NCBI GenBank assembly: GCA_002269645.1
Contig: NIVC01003476.1
Span: 32,098-96,097, forward strand
Length of the DNA: 64,000 nucleotides
Origin: Macrostomum lignano
Lineage: Eukaryota
Reading direction: 5' to 3'
Positions within the stretch are counted from its first letter, which is position 1, and each line of letters opens with the position of its first letter. The notes below the pieces were generated by a model that saw only the letters and a list, made by a program, of their open reading frames with translations, was not told where the DNA came from and did not search any database. Made by a program: the position numbers and the translations under genes. Of this stretch, positions 58,470-64,000 are shown piece after piece.

Positions 58470-61120
58470 TCTCTGGTCTCCATTTTTGCGACTTTGTAGT
58501 CTCGCTTGCCGCCAGCAACTTTGAGTGCCTTCTCCACGATGCGGTATTTGTTGACCCAACCTCTACTGGGCTTTTCCCCAAGAAATTGCACGTGGATGCT
58601 AGTTGCTGCTTGCGGCGGTCATCGGCGCTGGCCATTGGCATCTTTTTTGGTGCCGCCGTCTTTGCTGTGGCACCGGTTCTGGCAGCTGCGGCTCGTGGCT
58701 TTTTGCCGGCTTTAGACGTGGCCTGAGAAATAAGGAAGATTGTTTTGCGGAAGTTATAGAATAAAGCCTGGTTGTAACGGTAAAAATGACGGCTAGATAT
58801 TTAAATTCCGATTTATTGTTAATAGTTAGATTATTTAAAATACAAATTTTTAAAAGCTATTATACGTACATTATGTAACTATTCTACGTAAAACTATTAT
58901 TAGTACACGCATATTATTATATCATTATATCCCGAAGAGTCTTAAAAACATTCTAAAACTGAAAAAACTTACTCTTTTATAGCGGCCGAAATGATTTTAT
59001 CAACGATACGGGCCCCGGCACGCCGATATGCCTCCGTGTGCACCTGGTAGTGTGCCATGGCGACCTCGGTGCTGTGGTTCAGGCGGTCACCAAAGTTTCA
59101 GGCTTTCAGGTTTTCAGGTCGAGTTTTCAGGTCGTGTCCTTCCAGTAGACCCTATAATTTTTTAATTTTTTCAATAATTAATCTCATAAACTGTCGCCTT
59201 TTTTCTTCAAGATAAATAAGTAACCTGATAACCTGATTGAATTGCTGAATGAGTGAACAGGTGACTGGGAAAGTGAATGCATTGCTGAAGCCGTGAAGTT
59301 TTTCTGTCGTTACAATTTCGAAATAACGTGACTCAATTAGGTTTGTTACCATTTAGAACAGTTTGTTTGCATCAAAGATGAACGATTTTTTTATTATTAG
59401 TTCGGTTGATGACGGTGTACACGGCTTGAGGTAAAGACAGTAGGCCTAAATAAAAGTCAGTGGGAAGATGGCGACAGGGGGCTAATCGGTTTTCTGGTCG
59501 TTCCTAATGTAAGTTCAGCACTTGTAATAAAGTTCAGCACTTTAGCGTTGCCCTTGCCAAAACTGAGACACATTCCGATGGCCAGGTAGGTCATTGTGCC
59601 CACTTTGTCATTGTCCTCCGCTGCTTTCAGGCTGTCCTCCTTCATCTTAATAATGGCCAGGATCTGCTCGTCAGAAAGCACTCGCTCGTTGTTCCGGTCC
59701 TGTAAAATTTGTGATTCGTTTATTGATTAACTAATTTTTGTCTATCAAAAGCACAAAAGTTTTACGCTAGTAATACAAGTTTACGCTACATCTACCGTTA
59801 AAAACTATTTAGTGGATATTGTGACGATGTCACTTTCATACTTTTTTCCTATTCTGCGTCGTACGTGTAAAGTATACAGTATATAATCTCTTTCTACATG
59901 TACATTACACTTAAATTTAACCTTCTTATTTAATTTATTAGCGATGACGTATTTTTGTTATACCGTATAATTCATAGAAATAGTTAGCAGTATATAAAAC
60001 GTATTCAAATCTTTTTCTTGCTCTTGCTCAAGCCTTCCTCGATCCACACTGTCTCATTACAATACTACTAGTACTACTCTACGCTCGTTGCTATCTATAG
60101 TATCAGACATACGAGGTTGTTATCAATTGTGAATTGATTAAAATAAACTCTCGACATCCGACGCCACATCGATATTAGTATCGTCCATATTACTAATCGA
60201 TCTAAATTCGTCACGATATAGATTCTCGGGACGAATCGTAGCTCGTATATTACCATAAGTAATAAATGAACGAAACTTTCATAATTAAATCAAGCACGTA
60301 ATAAAACTATATTTTCATTTACATGCTAATTTTGATATTCAGTACATATAGAGATACAGTTGATTTTTCCATAGTTTGCTGTTAACAGTCTAAAATGTTT
60401 AACAAATACTTTAGTGAAACCCTACAAGGACATCGCTAACTGCATGTAGCACGTACTTCTTGAAATAATAATTATTTGAACTTTAAAGCGAGTGATATAT
60501 AACATGTCAAACTTGCTTACCCTGCGGCGAGCCTCGTAAACTTTCTTCCTTCGAATGTAATACTTCATCAATAAGGTACAGCACGCGCCGAAACTTTCCA
60601 AGTCCAGTTGAAGCCCAGAAGCAGCAACGTCTTGCAACCTATAGGCTCGCAGAAACGTAGCCACTTTCTGCAGGACGCTAACCGTCTCTTTCAGCGGACC
60701 GAAGCTCAGAGACGGCAAAAAATCGTTGATCTTACAAAAAGTAGATATTAAAAATAACTATTTGCATCAAAAAACAAAAATGGACTGCTGAAAAAACCAC
60801 ATAACCGCGATAGCAGGCTAATTAATATGACGAAATATGTGAAAAGGTGACTGGGAAAGTGAATGCATTGCTGAATGAGTGAACAGGTGATCGGGAAAGT
60901 GAATGCATTGCTGAATGAGTGAACAGGTGACTGGAAAAGTGAATGCATTGCTGAATGGGTGAACAGGCGACGAAGATAGCTAAATAAATAGGAGGAAATG
61001 TGCATATTGAATCGGTATATTGCTCACTTTTTCACGAGCGTCCTGTCTGATAAGTTCGTTGAAGGTTGCAGATCCAGTTGCATCCATCGCGCGGACTAGA
61101 TAGCGGTCCATCTTGCCGAT
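58470..61120 (-). pseudogene. Spliced, decayed tyrosine-recombinase-like gene, 5' end lost at the Gypsy junction
   Basis: Exons about 61120-61028, 60730-60521, 59699-59350, 59151-58973 and 58722 to about 58470, with GT-AG ends and matching phases allowing one frameshift in exon 3. Motifs SFGKGNAKVLNFITSAE (box-I-like, Arg absent), QKT (HKT-like), GHDLK and LNHSTEVAMAHY (His-x8-Tyr). Several premature stops. Confidence 0.55.
60830..60970. repeat. 40-bp repeat GAACAGGTGACTGGGAAAGTGAATGCATTGCTGAATGAGT, also present at about 59240-59290
   Basis: About 3.5 copies here and about 1.5 copies in another intron of the same YR-like gene. Confidence 0.9.
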
Positions 61121-64000
61121 GTTAACTATGTGGACACGAAATCTGTAACCCCAGACTCTGACGCCTCGGATGTACTCCATCTGACAGACGTAGATCTCAT
61201 CCACGCTGTATCAGTAGCGACAGAAACTGTGCTGATCAACGGTGTCGCCATTCCGATGCAGGTCGACACCGGAGCTTCAGTTTCAGTGCTCTCTAGCTAC
61301 CTCTGGGAATCGCTGCAACGCCCCAAATTGGACAAGTATCACCGGCGACTCGAAGCATATGATGGCCACACCCTAAAGACATTGGGAAAGCTGTTTACCA
61401 CCGTGGAGATGCGCGGTCGAATTCACCCAGTTGAGCTGATGGTGGTTTCATCCTCAAAGAACTTCGGCCTGCTAGGACGCGATCTTCTAGATTGCGACGC
61501 CGTATTCCACGCAGCCACCACTGCCACAGCTGTGCCTGCCAATGAACCACTGCCGACCATCAAGGGCATCAAAGCGAGCATGGAGTTGATTGAAGGCGCC
61601 AGCCAGGCCGCAGTTCTGCCGCGCTCGCCCAGTTCCGCTTGCACTGGAACTGCAAGTCAATGCCGAGCTCGAGAGACTGCAGCAGCTGGGTGTCATCGAG
61701 CCCATTCAGGGCCCGGTAAGCAACGCCTCGCCTGTTGTTTGGGTTAAAAAGAAAGATGGCTCACTTCGAATGTGTGCCGATTACAAAGTGCTCGTCAGTG
61801 GGAAAATAAATTCAGACGCTCTGCTTATTCGCAAATAGCTCTCGATGAGTCTGCGGAGGAACTATCAGTGATCAACACCTCAAGCGGCCTCTACAAATGG
61901 GCATGAAAAACGCCTCCTTCATTTTTCAAAGAGCCATGGAAAGCATTCTATCTGACCTCAAAGGCATCCTTATCTACCAAGATGATGTCCTAGTCTTTGC
62001 AGGGAATTCTGAAGCACTCGGGAAGCGGCTGAATGCGGTCAAAACCAGGCTCGCAGAGAAGAAATTGACCATCAACGAAAGCAATTCATAAACATTTGCG
62101 ATGAAATTTCCTTTCTTGGATTCAAAATCTCCGCATCTGGGATTCAGCCTGATGACCGCTTAGTTGACAAGATCCTTTATATAGCCGCTCCCAGCTCCAA
62201 GAAGGAAGTTGAGCAGTTCCTTGGCCTAGTAATTTTTTTGGCCGTCTGATACCTAATTTCTCCGCTAAAGCCGCTCCGCCGAACAGCCTTCGGAAGGGAA
62301 ACTCATCCTTCGACTGGTCCGATGAGTGCACTCACGCATTTGAGGCGCTCAAGCGGCCTCTACAAATGGGCCGCTGGTGCAGCCTTACAGCCTCGAGAAA
62401 GAGGCCACTCTCACCACTGACGCCTCCAAAGGTGCGCTTGCTGCTGTTTTGACCCAGGACGGGCACCCCGTGATTTACATCTCCAGGACTCTCATCCGCA
62501 GAAGCTAACTACTCAAACATCGAGCGAGAAGCCCTGGCGATTTTCTGGGCAATCCATAGGCTTAAACACTATCTGCAAGGCCGGAAATTCACCATTCGGA
62601 CTGATCACCAATCTTTGCTTCGTCTCTTTGGTGGCAGCATCCCATTGAACAGCCGATGGCGCTGTTTCTAATGCAATTTGACTTCACTCTGGAATACTTA
62701 CAAGGGACGAAAATTCCTCATGCCGACGCGCTTTCCCGACTCCGGTTCGAAAACGCGGATCTTGAGCCTAGCAGTACCTTTTGGGCGGTAAACTGCGTTG
62801 TCTTTCAATCCCCAACCATCGATCCACAAAGAATAGTATCCGAAATGAGTCCGACAGACTTCTCGAACGAATAGTTCGCCGCATTTGGTCTGGAGACTGG
62901 CAAGACTGCACACAAGCAGAGGCAGCCTTTAAGAAAGTCGCGGAATGCCTGACCCTAGAGAATGGCCTGATCTACATGCGCCGCCGAGCATTCATTCCAC
63001 CAAGGCTCAGACGAGAGGCCTTCGACACAGTGCATGACACTCATACGGGTTCCAACGCAGCGCACAAGCTGCTTGCACAGACCTGTTGGTGGCCCGGTAT
63101 GCAGAGGCACGTGGAGCAATTCGTTTATCAATGCCAGGCATGCACTCATTTGAGACCTCGTTTGCAAAAAACTCGGGACACTTGGCCACCTGCCACCGCT
63201 CCGTTTCAAAGAGTTGCACATGACTGGGCTTTTGTACCGGCCGTTGGCAACATCCTCATCGTGGTTGACGCTTACTCGGGCTGGATCGAAGCTTTCCCGA
63301 CAAAAGACAGATCGGCAGACAGCGTCATCACCTCATTGCGAACAGTTTTTACTCGTTTTGGTGTTCCGGAGCTGGTTGTCTCAGACAACGCAGCGGAGTT
63401 CACCTCGGCTCCACTATTGGCCTGGTTGGAAAAGAACGATGCTCGTAAGACGGAGAGCCCTCCATATTCCCCTCAATCTAATGGTGCAGCCGAGCGAGCC
63501 GTCCAGACTATCAAGAAGGCCTTGTGGGCATGGACCCAGCGTCTAACACATGGCAGCTTTATCGCTTTTTTGCAGAAGGCTCTTCTACACCATCGTAATT
63601 CTTCGAAATCACGCAAACGAACACCTGCCGAGCTCGTTCTAGGTCGACGACTTCGAGTTCCGGTGGTCTCCACCTTCCAGCAGGGTGACCCGGTGCAGTA
63701 CAAGACCCACGGCGACACCACAAGCTCTCGAGCAGAGTTTCCTGATGTCGCAGGGGCGCAACACTTCCTGGCTACTGACGGGCGCTAAACTACAACTGGC
63801 CTCAAACAATCAATTCGGCCCGCTAGTTACTGCCTCTGAAGCTGATGAGGAAGAAGAGGAGGTTCACCAACAGCCACAAGCTGACGCGTCTGAGGCTCCC
63901 CCTGAGACCGCCCCGACAAGAAGAAGCACAAGGGTAAAGAATCTCCTGAATCGCTTTGTGCCGTAGGCTCGGACTGATCAAGCCATAATCGAGCTATGTC
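61121..64000 (+). mobile_element. Second, 5'-truncated and internally deleted copy of the same Ty3/Gypsy family (PR-RT-RH-IN); runs off the window
   Basis: VDTGAS, YQDD, HDTHTG..CQAC, VDAYS/SDNA/GAAER. Co-linear with 35707-38660. No gag or 5' LTR at the left junction. Confidence 0.95.

Overview
Eukaryotic, intron-rich animal DNA, not prokaryotic. The style (GC-rich exons, nearly every intron and spacer filled by a different 13-52 bp minisatellite) suggests a flatworm such as Macrostomum; this is inference only. Host genes on the + strand: a 5-exon DPH6 with RidA/YjgF domains (6100-12601), an intronless ACBD5-like gene (14545-16248), an 8-exon divergent beta-catenin lacking the degron (19310-26131), and a 3-exon CUB + C-type-lectin type I membrane protein (29978-32755) with a rearranged tandem duplicate (about 34264-35309). 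On the - strand are two paralogous intronless EEP/DNase-I-fold genes whose domain is split by coding tandem repeats (41989-44235, 52766-53965). Mobile DNA includes a full-length Mag-like Ty3/Gypsy element with 183/187-bp LTRs and a CTCAA TSD (35392-39664), a second truncated copy (61121-64000), hAT-like MITEs with 8-bp TSDs, and two tRNA-headed SINE types. The most novel-looking region is a decayed minus-strand cluster at about 55.2-61.1 kb. It holds a spliced tyrosine-recombinase-like gene, a weak minor-capsid-like stretch and an adenain-type cysteine protease relic, and may be a YR-type Polinton-like endogenous element. Most long ORFs in the supplied track are repeat artefacts. All family assignments come from motif recognition by eye; no database search was run, and repeat boundaries are approximate.
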